Source: Candidatus Multivorans sp. (GTDB taxonomy: Bacteria; Acidobacteriota; Thermoanaerobaculia; Multivoradales; Multivoraceae). From it: a stretch of 64,000 bases of DNA. The notes under the pieces are model-generated. The model was not told the DNA's origin, searched no databases, and worked only from the letters and a program-made list of their open reading frames with translations. Shown here piece after piece: positions 11,924 to 21,120 of the stretch (positions are counted from its first letter, which is position 1; each line of letters opens with the position of its first letter). The stretch covers positions 1,574,583-1,638,582 of the forward strand of contig CBDCVC010000002.1 in assembly GCA_965222875.1 (NCBI GenBank), read 5' to 3'. The position numbers were made by a program, and so were the translations under genes.

Positions 11924-13146
11924 TAGTGTCATGTCACACGTCCTCTGCCGTATGAATCGTAGTAGGCTCCTTGCCGTTCGACAACGGCAAGGAGTCTGGC
12001 ATGAAGCGGTATGTGGTGGAGTTGGAGGCGCAGGAGCGCGAGGCGTTGGCGACGATGACGCGCAAGGGTTCGCATCGGTCGCAGAAGGTGATCAACGCCT
12101 TGATTCTGCTCAACTGCGACGAGGGCGAGTTCAACGGGCGTCGGCCGACCGGCGAGACGATCGCCGGGGTCTTGCGGATCAGTGCGCGCAGGGTGGATCG
12201 TGTGAAGAAGCGGTTTGTGGAGGACGGTCTGGAGGCGGCGCTCGGCAGTCGGCAGGGGCGTCGTCCGAAGTACCTGCGCAAGGCGGATGGCGAGTTCGAG
12301 GCGCGGCTGGTCGCGCTGAGTTGCGGCGAGCCGCCCGAAGGGCGTTCGCAGTGGTCTCTGCGTCTGTTGGCGGACCGTGCGGTGGAGCTCGGCTATATCG
12401 ACAGCGTCTCGCACGAGACGGTGCGGCGGGTGCTAAAAAAAACGCTCTCAAACCGTGGCGCCGCGTCGGCTGGGTGATTCCGCCGCAATGCAACGCCGAC
12501 TTCGCGGCGAACATGGAGCGGGTGCTCGACGTCTATCGGCGTCCGCACGACGCGAACTTCCCGGTGGTGTGCATGGACGAGACGCCGCGGCAGTTGATCG
12601 CCGAGACACGGGCGCCCATCCCGCAGGCCCCTGGACGGGAGGTCCGCGAAGACTACGAGTACCGACGCTGCGGCACCTGCAACGTGTTCATGGCGACCGA
12701 ACCGCTGGCCGGGCGGCGTCTGACCAAGGTCACCGAGCGCAGGACCAAGACCGACTGGGCGCGTTTCCTGGAAGACATCGCCGGGCAGTATCCCGACGCC
12801 ACCCGAATCACGCTGGTGATGGACAACCTCAACACCCACCGCCCCGGCGCGCTCTACGAGACCTTCGACCCGGCCCGGGCCAAGGCGCTGTGGGACCGCT
12901 TCGAGTTCGTCTATACCCCCAAGCACGGCAGTTGGCTGAACGTCGCCGAGGTCGAACTCAGCGTGATGATCCGCCAGTGCCTCAACCGCCGCATCGACTC
13001 CATCGACATCCTGCGCACCGAAGTCGGCGCCTGGCAGGACGCCAGAGACCGAATCCAAGCCAAGGTCAACTGGCACTTCACCACCGACGACGCTCGCGTC
13101 AAACTCAAGCGCCTCTATCCGACTTTTGACGAGTGACACGGCACTA
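11924..13146 (+). mobile_element. IS630-family insertion sequence (~1.22 kb) with TA target duplication
   Basis: Imperfect terminal inverted repeats: tagtgtcatgtcacacgtc at the left end versus gacgagtgacacggcacta at the right end, matching at 16 of 19 positions. It is flanked by TA at 11924-25 and 13145-46. It encodes an HTH + DDE transposase with an internal A8 slippery run. Confidence 0.8.
12001..13136 (+). CDS. IS630/Tc1-mariner family transposase, produced by programmed -1 frameshift at the A8 run (12435-12442)
   Basis: OrfA (MKRYVVELEAQ…VRRVLKKTLSNRG*) has an HTH domain. OrfB continues as …KKNALKPWRRVGWVIPP… and carries a DDE domain (VCMDETP…, VMDNLNTH…, EFVYTPKHGSWLNVAE). The LKKNxLKPW junction is the hallmark of IS630 transposases. 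Confidence 0.8.
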
Positions 13147-13188
13147 GCTGTAGCTAGAATCTCGCCGACCCGTTCTAGGAGGAGTGAC

Positions 13189-15297
13189 GTGACGTGCACC
13201 TGTTCCTCGCGTTCGCCTCAGCGACACTCCCTTAGCGTTCGTCTCGCGGCTGCGGTGGGTCTGTTGGTGTTGCTGGGCTCGGCCCGAGCGGACGGCCAGG
13301 GTGTCTGCGAGAGGACAGCGGCTGTACGCGATGAGATCCTGAAGAGTCTGGGAAGCACGGACTGCGGGTCAGTCACCGGGGCGCAACTCGCTGGAATCCA
13401 GAGGCTGCGCCCAAGAGGCGTCACACGTCTTCAGCCGAACGATTTTCGAGACCTGGGGAACCTGCAGGAACTGGACCTGGCTGAGAATGAGCTCACGTCT
13501 CTTCCTCCCGGCATCTTCCGGGGGCTGTCTCAGTTGCACGAGCTCAGATTGTCCTTCAACAAGTTGACGGCTCTTCCATCGGACGTCTTTTCAGGCCTTT
13601 CGCGTTTGAAGCTCCTGCTTCTAGGTGTCAACGACTTGACCGTTCTTCCGGGGCGCGTGTTCGCGGGGCTGTCGAGTCTTGAGGGTCTCTACCTGGACCG
13701 GAACAGCCTCAGTGGTTTGCCTGTCGGTCTATTCTCCGACCTTGGCTCCATGCGGACGCTTGATTTGAGCTCAAATGACCTGCAGAGCATCTCTGCCGGG
13801 CTGTTCGACGAGATGCCTGAGCTCAGGTTCCTTCATTTAAGCGGGAATCGCCTCGAGGAACTTCCGTCGGGGCTCTTGTCGGCCCTTTCGAATCTGGAGT
13901 CTCTGGAGGTTTGGGACAATCGTCTCAGTGCCTTTCCGGAAGACCTTCTGGCGGGAATGGCGCGTGTTGAGCGTCTCTACCTGTCGACAAACCGACTGGG
14001 ACAGCTCCCCGCGGGCGCTTTCGCTCGCCTTCCGAGTCTGAAGTACCTGCGAGTTAGAGACAACGGCCTTGAGGAGCTACCGGCGCGGGTGTTCAGGAAC
14101 TCGTACAAGCTGTTGGAGTTGGACTTGCAAGGGAACGACTTGAGAGTGCTTCCTGAGGGCGTTTTCGATCCGTTGCGGTCCCTGGAGACTCTGAGGTTGC
14201 AGGGAAACCCCGGAGTTGGCTTTCCCGTACCGGTTCGATTCGAGCGGACCCGGCTGAAACCGGATGGGTCGATGGACTTGAAGGTACGGAGGATAGCGGC
14301 GGTCAGAATCACGCTGGAAGTGCAGCTCGAGGCTTCGGGGGGTACCTTGAGTGCGCCGACAGTGACGATCCCCTTCAACAAGAAACGGTCGGAAGTCGTT
14401 ACCTGGAAGCCCAACAGCCCATCGGCATCTGTGGTCGCCGAGCCGGAGTTCGTAACGGGCGCCGATTTCTACGCGGACGGTTGGGAAAATACGGAGGGAA
14501 CGATTCGGTTCGATCAACTCCCGCCGGTGACGATCGGATCGTGCGCCGGGCTCGAAGACGACCTGACGGCCGTCTGTGTTCGAGGCGGACGGTTCCTGTT
14601 CAGGGTCGACTGGCGATCGCAGTACGACGGCAGCGAGGGCTCCGGCACGATGCGGCAGTTGACCGAGGAATCGGCGGTCGCGACCTTCTTTGACGAGGAG
14701 AACGTGGAACTGGTGTTCAAGCTCCTCGACGGCAGGGGACTCAACCGGCACTTCTGGGTCTTCTACGGCGCGCTGTCGGACGTGGAGTACACGCTTTCCG
14801 TGACGGACCGGGAGACGGGCGAGTTCAGGGAGTACCGGAATCCCCCGGGTGAGATCTGCGGGCGCGGCGACACGAAGGCGTTCGCGGCGGGGTCAGGCGC
14901 CGCCTCGCTTTCGGCGTCCGATCTCGCGGACCGGGTCGCCGCCTCTCAGAACGGTGACTGTCCTTCCGGCGCCCTTTGTTTGCAGGACGGTCGCTTCCAG
15001 GTGACGGCGACATGGAGCAATCCGGCCAAGGGCGAGACCGGGGTCGGCACTCCGATCCCGGACACGGACAGCGCGGGCTACATGTGGTTCTTCTCACCGG
15101 GCAACATCGAGCTGGTGCTCAAGGTGCTCGACGGCCGATGGTTCAACGACTCGTGGTGGGTCTACGCCAGTGCGCTGACGGACGTCGACTACACGATCAC
15201 CGTGCTGGATTCGCATACGGGAGCGTCGAGGACGTACACGAACAACCCGGCCCGGCCGTTCTGCGGGTTCGGCGACATCGGCGCGTTTCCTGAGTAG
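13189..15297 (+). CDS. Secreted leucine-rich repeat (LRR) protein with two tandem copies of an uncharacterised ~105-aa C-terminal domain
   Basis: AGGAGG ribosome-binding site at 13178-83 and a GTG start at 13189. Signal peptide (…AAAVGLLVLLGSARA|DGQG). About 12 LRRs of 24 aa each (LxxLxLxxNxLxxLPxGxFxGL). The C-terminal domains are repeated at about 14545-14880 and 14960-15294, sharing the motif FFxxxNxELVxKxLDGRxxNxxxWVFxxALxDVxYTxxVxDxxTGxxxxYxNPxxxxCGxGDxxAF. Confidence 0.7.
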   Translation: MTCTCSSRSPQRHSLSVRLAAAVGLLVLLGSARADGQGVCERTAAVRDEILKSLGSTDCGSVTGAQLAGIQRLRPRGVTRLQPNDFRDLGNLQELDLAENELTSLPPGIFRGLSQLHELRLSFNKLTALPSDVFSGLSRLKLLLLGVNDLTVLPGRVFAGLSSLEGLYLDRNSLSGLPVGLFSDLGSMRTLDLSSNDLQSISAGLFDEMPELRFLHLSGNRLEELPSGLLSALSNLESLEVWDNRLSAFPEDLLAGMARVERLYLSTNRLGQLPAGAFARLPSLKYLRVRDNGLEELPARVFRNSYKLLELDLQGNDLRVLPEGVFDPLRSLETLRLQGNPGVGFPVPVRFERTRLKPDGSMDLKVRRIAAVRITLEVQLEASGGTLSAPTVTIPFNKKRSEVVTWKPNSPSASVVAEPEFVTGADFYADGWENTEGTIRFDQLPPVTIGSCAGLEDDLTAVCVRGGRFLFRVDWRSQYDGSEGSGTMRQLTEESAVATFFDEENVELVFKLLDGRGLNRHFWVFYGALSDVEYTLSVTDRETGEFREYRNPPGEICGRGDTKAFAAGSGAASLSASDLADRVAASQNGDCPSGALCLQDGRFQVTATWSNPAKGETGVGTPIPDTDSAGYMWFFSPGNIELVLKVLDGRWFNDSWWVYASALTDVDYTITVLDSHTGASRTYTNNPARPFCGFGDIGAFPE

Positions 15298-15371
15298 CGG
15301 CGGCGTGAGGACTCTCGACAGCTCATGCGGCCCTGGAGTTGCTGCCGGAGCCGCCCGGGAGCCGTGGCGCG

Positions 15372-15764
15372 TCACGCCACAGGTCGCGAGCGCTCCTCCA
15401 GATAGACGGCCACTTGCGCTTTGCCGACGCTGCCGTCGGCGACGCCGAGAACCAGGTCCGCGATCTCGTCCGGATCCGCCACCACCTCGAGATCGTTCAG
15501 CCACAGGAAGGCGAGACACGTGGCGAGTGCCGTGCGCTTGTTCCCGTCCAGGAACGGATGGTTGTTGCACAGATGGAAGAGGTAGGCGGCGGCCATCTCG
15601 AAGAGGTTCGGATGGAGGAACTGGCCGTCGTACGTCGCGGCGGGCATCGCCAGGGCGGACGCCAGGAGGCCGGTGTCGCGTAGGCCTTCCGTTCCGCCGT
15701 AGCACTCGATCTGCTCTGCCTGGATCGCGAGGACTTCGTCGAGCGTGAGGAATACCGGCTCCAC
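15372..15764 (-). CDS. doc: Doc (death-on-curing) Fic-fold toxin
   Basis: 130 aa with the Doc motif HPFLDGNKRTA (HxFx(D/E)GNKR). Confidence 0.8.
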   Translation of the reverse strand: MEPVFLTLDEVLAIQAEQIECYGGTEGLRDTGLLASALAMPAATYDGQFLHPNLFEMAAAYLFHLCNNHPFLDGNKRTALATCLAFLWLNDLEVVADPDEIADLVLGVADGSVGKAQVAVYLEERSRPVA

Positions 15765-15785
15765 TCGCCCCGAAACGCCTCCGCG

Positions 15786-16013
15786 CTACTGCGCCAGCCG
15801 CCGGAAGGCCCCGGCGTAGCGCTCGTGCATGCGATTCAGGCCGCGCTTGAGCTTCGATACGCGATCGTCGCTGCGGATCGGACAGATCAGGATGACGTCG
15901 CCGTCCGTCGAGACCTCCAGAAGCGTGTCGCTGTCAATCCCCGTGGCCTTGAGGATTCCCTTGTCCAACACGATCGCTTGGCTGTTGCCGGTCCTGGTCA
16001 AGCGCTTCTCCAT
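15786..16013 (-). CDS. AbrB/MazE/SpoVT-family antitoxin (cognate of Doc)
   Basis: 75-aa protein 21 bp upstream of doc on the same strand. The N-terminal looped-hinge-helix pattern (GNSQAIVLDKGILKATGI…GDVILICPI) is typical of AbrB-family antitoxins. An 11-bp palindrome, acgaagttcgt, lies in its upstream region (~16060-16070). Confidence 0.7.
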   Translation of the reverse strand: MEKRLTRTGNSQAIVLDKGILKATGIDSDTLLEVSTDGDVILICPIRSDDRVSKLKRGLNRMHERYAGAFRRLAQ

Positions 16014-16087
16014 CGTAAGGACACACTAGCACCGTCGTTCGTACAGAGATAGTGCGCGAAACGAAGTTCGTCATTCAACGGCCCGAG

Positions 16088-17254
16088 TTACCCAGACGTC
16101 TCCGCGAGCTCGGCTGCCAGATCGATGCCGCCGTTGCGCCAGGCAGCATCGGTGGCCTGGAGTTCGCCGGCGGGGGCGAAGCGGGAGACGCCGGCTTGTT
16201 CGAAGGCGCGGCGGACGGTCGCGGGCGTGTGGCCGGCGACGGCGATGCCTTGGATGCGGCCGTTCCAGTCGTAGAGGGTAGGGAACTCGGAGACGGAGTG
16301 GATGCGGACGGTGCGCAGGCCGGGAGAAGGGCTGATCGTGGCGTCGTTCTCGACGATCACGGTACCGGCGTCGAGTGCGTCGCCGGACCAGGCGAGGCCG
16401 CGGAGATCGGCGTCCTCGCGGGCGAGGCGGACGCCGGCCCGGTCGGCGGCGTTGCTGCGGCCGGGCGGCAGTTCGGTGGCCAGTTCGCCTAAAGCCTCGG
16501 CGAGAGCGTCGGCGAAGGGGTCGGCCGCCGTCCGGTCGACGAGCACGGCCTCGACGGAGAGGCAGCCGCGCTGGTCGAAGAGCGCGATGTCGAGGGCCAT
16601 GCCGCGAGCTGCCCGATTCACGTCGGCATCGGGGCCTACCCAGCCGAGGCTCAGCTTGGGGCCGAAGGTGACGAGCTTCCGGGGGCCTGCGGCCGCGATG
16701 GAGGCGATCGTCGACTCGTTTCCGTAGGCGGCGACGAGCCGGGCGCGAGCGCACAGGGGAGCTTCGATCGAGGCGTCGCCGCCGGTCCACGTGGCGGTGG
16801 CGTAGGCATTGCGCAGGATGGGGCGCCGGCGACCCAGGGCGGCAAGGAATGCCGGTGCGAAGAAGGGTTCGGCTCGCGATGACTTGAACAGGACGGGCGC
16901 CCGCGCCGCCAGGGCCGGCAGCAGGGACTGGAGCATCAGCGCCGGAGGGTTTGCCGGCAGCACGACGAGGCTGAAGCCGTCCTGTTGTTGCTTCGGCGCG
17001 CGGCGAAGCGCCGCGGCCGCGGGCTCGCCGGCCATGCCGGTGCCGATGGTCCGGAGGCCGCGGTCGAGGCCGGCGGGGGAGAGGCGGGTTGCGGCCAGCA
17101 GGTCGGGGTCGAGGGCGCGACGTTCGGGGCTGTTGGCGTTGAGGAAGGCGGCCACGGTGTCGTTCCAGGCGGCGAGGAGGTCGTCGTCGAAGATGGCGCG
17201 AAGGGCCGGCGCGGAGGCGGTGAGGCGCTGGGCTGTGATGTCGGGCGCGTTCAT
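16088..17254 (-). CDS. LuxC-family acyl-CoA reductase
   Basis: 388 aa with aldehyde-dehydrogenase-like fold features and a DQRGCLSVEAVLV catalytic-Cys context typical of the LuxC family (PF05893-like). Confidence 0.55.
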   Translation of the reverse strand: MNAPDITAQRLTASAPALRAIFDDDLLAAWNDTVAAFLNANSPERRALDPDLLAATRLSPAGLDRGLRTIGTGMAGEPAAAALRRAPKQQQDGFSLVVLPANPPALMLQSLLPALAARAPVLFKSSRAEPFFAPAFLAALGRRRPILRNAYATATWTGGDASIEAPLCARARLVAAYGNESTIASIAAAGPRKLVTFGPKLSLGWVGPDADVNRAARGMALDIALFDQRGCLSVEAVLVDRTAADPFADALAEALGELATELPPGRSNAADRAGVRLAREDADLRGLAWSGDALDAGTVIVENDATISPSPGLRTVRIHSVSEFPTLYDWNGRIQGIAVAGHTPATVRRAFEQAGVSRFAPAGELQATDAAWRNGGIDLAAELAETSG

Positions 17255-17359
17255 GCCGGACCGGCGCTATGCGCCGGATGCGGGCCAGAAGGCCCGCGCA
17301 CCCAGAGACAGGGCGTCGTTGTGGCGGGGTTCTCTACGGTTCACGATCGGTTGGCCTCT

Positions 17360-18403
17360 TTACGCCGGCCCCAGCTCTTCCGCTGTCAGGGAACAGCCGC
17401 GGAGTTCGGCGCCGCTGGCGCGGCCGAGCAGGCGGAAGGCGCCGCCTTCGGCGACTCCGAGATCCTCGGTCAGCACGTGACAGACGGAACCGAGGTTCGC
17501 GAGGTCGAAGAAGGACAGCAGGCCGGTGCGGCCGTCTTCGGTTTCCTCCAGCGTCTCCGGGTCGAGCACGCGAAACGGCATCCAGGGCGGTGTGCGCAGG
17601 CGCTCGCCGCCGGGACGCGAGTACGCCTGGCTGGTCAGCTCCGTCATCCCGTACTCGCGGACCACAGCTTCCGGGCCCAGGCCGAGCAGGGTGCGGACGC
17701 GACGCCGGACGTCCTCCGGGGTCGTCTTGAGGCGTTGACCCTTGAAGCCGCCGGTCTCGAAGACGCGGCTTCCGGCCGGCAGCCGGAGTGCGTGTCCGGC
17801 GCCGCTTTCCAGGTGGTCGAGAAGGAGGACGAGAGCGAGGGCGGTGGCGAGAACAAGAATTGGCTCGCCGTCGGTGCGCGCCTGCAGCCAGCGGCGTGCC
17901 TGTCCCACGTCGACCCCGCCTGGCGAGACGGCCCAGACGCTGTCCGGGGCGGCGTGGCGCTCGAAGACGTGGTCCGCCATGAAGGACAAGCTCGAGTCGG
18001 GGGCCGCGGCCCGGTCGGGGATGAGCGAGAGGATCGGCACCCGCGCGCGGTCGCCGGGAAGGCAGGCGCCGCCGAAGGATGCGTCGATCACGGTCCGGTA
18101 GAGGTCCGGGTACGGGTGATGGTGGACGCTCCGCCGCTCCGCACCGCGGGTTGTGCCGCTGCTGCGGAAGACCTCCCGGGGCTCGGCGGCGGCGAGGCGC
18201 AGCGACTTGAAGGCGGAGGTCGGCACCGGCGGCGCCGCCCGCCAGTCGTCCAGTGCGTCGACGGTGAGGCCGCGCCGCTCGCACAGGCGGCGGTAGGGCT
18301 CGACGCGCTCGTAGCCGAAGCGTGCGGCCGCCGGGGCGAGTTCCTCGAAGCTGCCTTCACCGGTGCTGACGAAGCGCTCGATGCGATGGAACAGGGCGTT
18401 CAT
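17360..18403 (-). CDS. LuxE-family acyl-protein synthetase (adenylate-forming)
   Basis: 347 aa. It has a FRSSGTTRG adenylation motif, a conserved REYGMTE motif and a C-terminal catalytic Cys context (…GCSLTAEE…), characteristic of LuxE (PF04443-like). Confidence 0.6.
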   Translation of the reverse strand: MNALFHRIERFVSTGEGSFEELAPAAARFGYERVEPYRRLCERRGLTVDALDDWRAAPPVPTSAFKSLRLAAAEPREVFRSSGTTRGAERRSVHHHPYPDLYRTVIDASFGGACLPGDRARVPILSLIPDRAAAPDSSLSFMADHVFERHAAPDSVWAVSPGGVDVGQARRWLQARTDGEPILVLATALALVLLLDHLESGAGHALRLPAGSRVFETGGFKGQRLKTTPEDVRRRVRTLLGLGPEAVVREYGMTELTSQAYSRPGGERLRTPPWMPFRVLDPETLEETEDGRTGLLSFFDLANLGSVCHVLTEDLGVAEGGAFRLLGRASGAELRGCSLTAEELGPA

Positions 18404-18548
18404 GGAGGGTGTCGACGGCGGGCGGATCCGGAATGCGGGCAGGATGCCCGCGTGCCATCCGTGCGCCCGATGACGGGCGCACGGCGTGGTTCGCGGGTGG
18501 CGCGGATCGCGCCACCCGGGTTCCCATGTGCAGCATGCAGGATTCCTT

Positions 18549-20993
18549 TCATCGGCCGAAGAAGGCCGCCGCGGTGGTTGCGGGGTGGCCGGCGAGGTCG
18601 GCGTTCTCCTCCTCGGCGAACTCGGGCCACCACTCGGCCGGCAGGTGCTTCCGGTAGGGCTGTTGCAGGAAGCGGCGGTCGAGGAGCGCGATCACGCCGC
18701 GGTCGTCGGCGGAGCGGATCAGCCGGCCGGCGGCCTGGACCACTCGGGTCATGCCGGGCACCACGAAGGCGTACTCGAAGCCGCGGTCGAAGCGCTCGTC
18801 GTAGTAGGCCTGAAGCAGCTTCTGTTCCATGGTCACGGCGGGCAGGCAGGGGCCGACGACGGCGACCGCGAGCAGCGCGTCACCCGGGTAGTCGACGCCC
18901 TCGGAGAACACGCCGCCGGCCACCGCCAGCAGCAGCGTGTCGCCGGCAAGCGGACTGGTCAGAGCGTCGAGCACCTCCTGGCGCCGCGCTTCGCTGGTCG
19001 TCTGGTGCTGGACCAGCACGTTGCGGCCGCAGTCGGGCAGCCGTTCCTCGACCTCGGCGAGGAAGCGGTAGCTGGGGAAGATGGCCATCGAATTCCCGGG
19101 CACCGAGCGGGCGAACTCGGCCAGCCGTTCGGCGATCGGGCCGTAGTTGTCCTCGCGGGTGCGGTACGTCGTGGCCACCGAGGTGTCGACAACGATCCGG
19201 CGGTTCTCGGCGGGGAAGGCGCTGGGCACCTCGAGGGTCGAGGTCCGCGCCTCGTCGAAGCCGAGCAGGTCGCGGTAGAACTCGAACGGCTGCAGGGTCG
19301 CCGAGAGGCCGATGCAGGAGCGGCAGCGGTTGATCGTCGCCCCCAGGAAGGCGCTCGCGTCCTTGCACAGGAGACTGAAGCTCGGTTCGCCGTCGGTGCG
19401 CCGGAAGAGGAAGCTGAAGGACTCGGCGTGCCTGGGCGAGGAGGCGAGCTGGAGCGTGTTGAGGAACCGGAGCAGCTTGAAGTAGAGATCCACGAAGGCG
19501 TCGCCTTCGGCGAACGACCGGGCGTCGCGGCGAAACTCCAGGTAGTCCACGAAGCCGCGGTCGAAGGCGGGCCGCAGGCGCCAGAGTTCGTCTTCGGGCG
19601 GCGCGCCCTCGGCGACCGCGCTGCGGTCCGGGCGATCGAGCTGCCCGTCGACGCCGGTCCGAATCAGATCTTCGAGCGCGGCGCAGAGTTCGCGCAGGCG
19701 ATTGGTGGGCCCGCCCTCGGCGCCGCGGCCCACCCTGCGCAGGCTCGCCGCGGCGTCCCGGCAGCTCTTCGCGGTCAGTTCCGGGCTGTAGTAGCCGCGG
19801 CCGCGGTCTACCAGGTTGTGGATCTCGTCGACGATCAGGACGGTGCCGGAGAGGTCCGCGTCGCCCTGGAACTCGGTCAGCTTGACGAACGGGTCGAGGG
19901 CGTAGTTGTAGTCGCCGACCACCACCTGGACCTGCCGCCCGAGCTCGAGGCTGATCTCGAACGGGCAGACGCGGGTGCTCTTCGCGGCGGCGTAGATCGC
20001 GTCCGGCTCCAGCAGGCTGTGCTCCTGGAGCAGCCTCGGGATGAGCCGGCTGCGCTGCAGCTTGACGTAGTAGTCGCGGGCGTACTGGCAGTAGTCCTCG
20101 TGGCAGATGATCTCGTCGTTCGCGCACATCCGCGCCTTGGCCCGCAGGTGCAGGGAGTGGAAGGCGCGCTCGCGGTTGAGCAGGTCGATGACCCGGTTCG
20201 CCATCGCTGCCTGAGTGTTCTTGGCGGTGAGGACGAATACCCGCAGGTCGCGGGCGAGCGCCTCGCGCAGGACCGGGAACAGGACTGCCGCCGTCTTGCC
20301 GAGGCCGGTTGGCGCCTGGACCAGCAGGTGCTCGCGCTGCTCGACCGCAAGTCCGGCGCGGTCGACGATCTCCTGCTGGCCCGGCCGGGGCTGGTGGAAG
20401 GGGAACTCGATCCGTTCGGCGGCCAACTCGCGCCGCTGGCGATGTGCGCGGACCGCCTGGTAGTCGTGGACGAGGGCGTTGAGCCGCACCCGGATGCCGG
20501 TCTCGAGTTCCTCCCAGTCGAGCTCGACCTCGAGTCGCTGGATGTCGGCGGTGCCGATCTCGATCAGGACGAGTTCGGCACGCACCGGCAGCGGCGCGGC
20601 GCCCGACCGGTGCAGGATCCAGCCATAGATCGCCGCCTGCCGCCGGTAGGTCTCCAGCAGCCCCGGCGAGGGCTCGGTGTTGGGGCGTACCGACTTGATC
20701 TCCTCGATGGCCAGGACGCCGCCTTTGTCCCGGTAGACGCCGTCGGCGCGGCCGGTCAGGGTCACCTGCCAGCCGCGGTGGTTGAACTCCAGCGACAGTT
20801 CGACTTCCCGCCGGTAGCTCGGCTCGCGCGCCATCGCCTGTTCCTGGTAGCGGCTGTGGATCGCCTGGCCGACCCAGAGCCGCTCGAACCCGCCCCGCTT
20901 GGCGAACCCGAGGTGTCTGGCGGAGCGGTGGTCGAGCAGGTCCGCCACGGACAGCCGGAGCGTCTTCGCGTCGTCGTCGAAGCGCGGCGGCAT
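18549..20993 (-). CDS. DinG/XPD (Rad3)-family ATP-dependent helicase with N-terminal RecB-like PD-(D/E)xK nuclease domain
   Basis: Helicase core: QRPGQQEIV, APTGLGKT, FeS-cluster cysteines (CANDEIICHEDYC…VCPFE), VDEIHN (DEAH-like) and C-terminal Rad3 motifs. The N-terminal ~200 aa contain ADGVYRD…LAIEEIKSV (D…ExK) and RRQAAIYGWIL (a QxxxY RecB-family motif). The start is set at MPPRFDDD (20993). Confidence 0.75.
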   Translation of the reverse strand: MPPRFDDDAKTLRLSVADLLDHRSARHLGFAKRGGFERLWVGQAIHSRYQEQAMAREPSYRREVELSLEFNHRGWQVTLTGRADGVYRDKGGVLAIEEIKSVRPNTEPSPGLLETYRRQAAIYGWILHRSGAAPLPVRAELVLIEIGTADIQRLEVELDWEELETGIRVRLNALVHDYQAVRAHRQRRELAAERIEFPFHQPRPGQQEIVDRAGLAVEQREHLLVQAPTGLGKTAAVLFPVLREALARDLRVFVLTAKNTQAAMANRVIDLLNRERAFHSLHLRAKARMCANDEIICHEDYCQYARDYYVKLQRSRLIPRLLQEHSLLEPDAIYAAAKSTRVCPFEISLELGRQVQVVVGDYNYALDPFVKLTEFQGDADLSGTVLIVDEIHNLVDRGRGYYSPELTAKSCRDAAASLRRVGRGAEGGPTNRLRELCAALEDLIRTGVDGQLDRPDRSAVAEGAPPEDELWRLRPAFDRGFVDYLEFRRDARSFAEGDAFVDLYFKLLRFLNTLQLASSPRHAESFSFLFRRTDGEPSFSLLCKDASAFLGATINRCRSCIGLSATLQPFEFYRDLLGFDEARTSTLEVPSAFPAENRRIVVDTSVATTYRTREDNYGPIAERLAEFARSVPGNSMAIFPSYRFLAEVEERLPDCGRNVLVQHQTTSEARRQEVLDALTSPLAGDTLLLAVAGGVFSEGVDYPGDALLAVAVVGPCLPAVTMEQKLLQAYYDERFDRGFEYAFVVPGMTRVVQAAGRLIRSADDRGVIALLDRRFLQQPYRKHLPAEWWPEFAEEENADLAGHPATTAAAFFGR

Positions 20994-21120
20994 GGCGGCG
21001 AGACTACCGCCTGGACGCGCTGTCGAAGGCGGGGACGGAGGCTTGGTTCTTTGCCGCGGCCGGACGTTTCGGCGCTTCACCGGTTGTTATTCAAGTGGCG
21101 ATGGCATAGCCTCGATTCCC

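Noticed and set aside
20994-21080. N-terminal extension (MKRRNVRPRQRTKPPSPP…) of the DinG-family helicase ORF
   Set aside because: It is K/R/P-rich and lacks similarity. MPPRFDDD at 20993 is the more plausible start. It could alternatively be a genuine basic tail, and this is not resolved.
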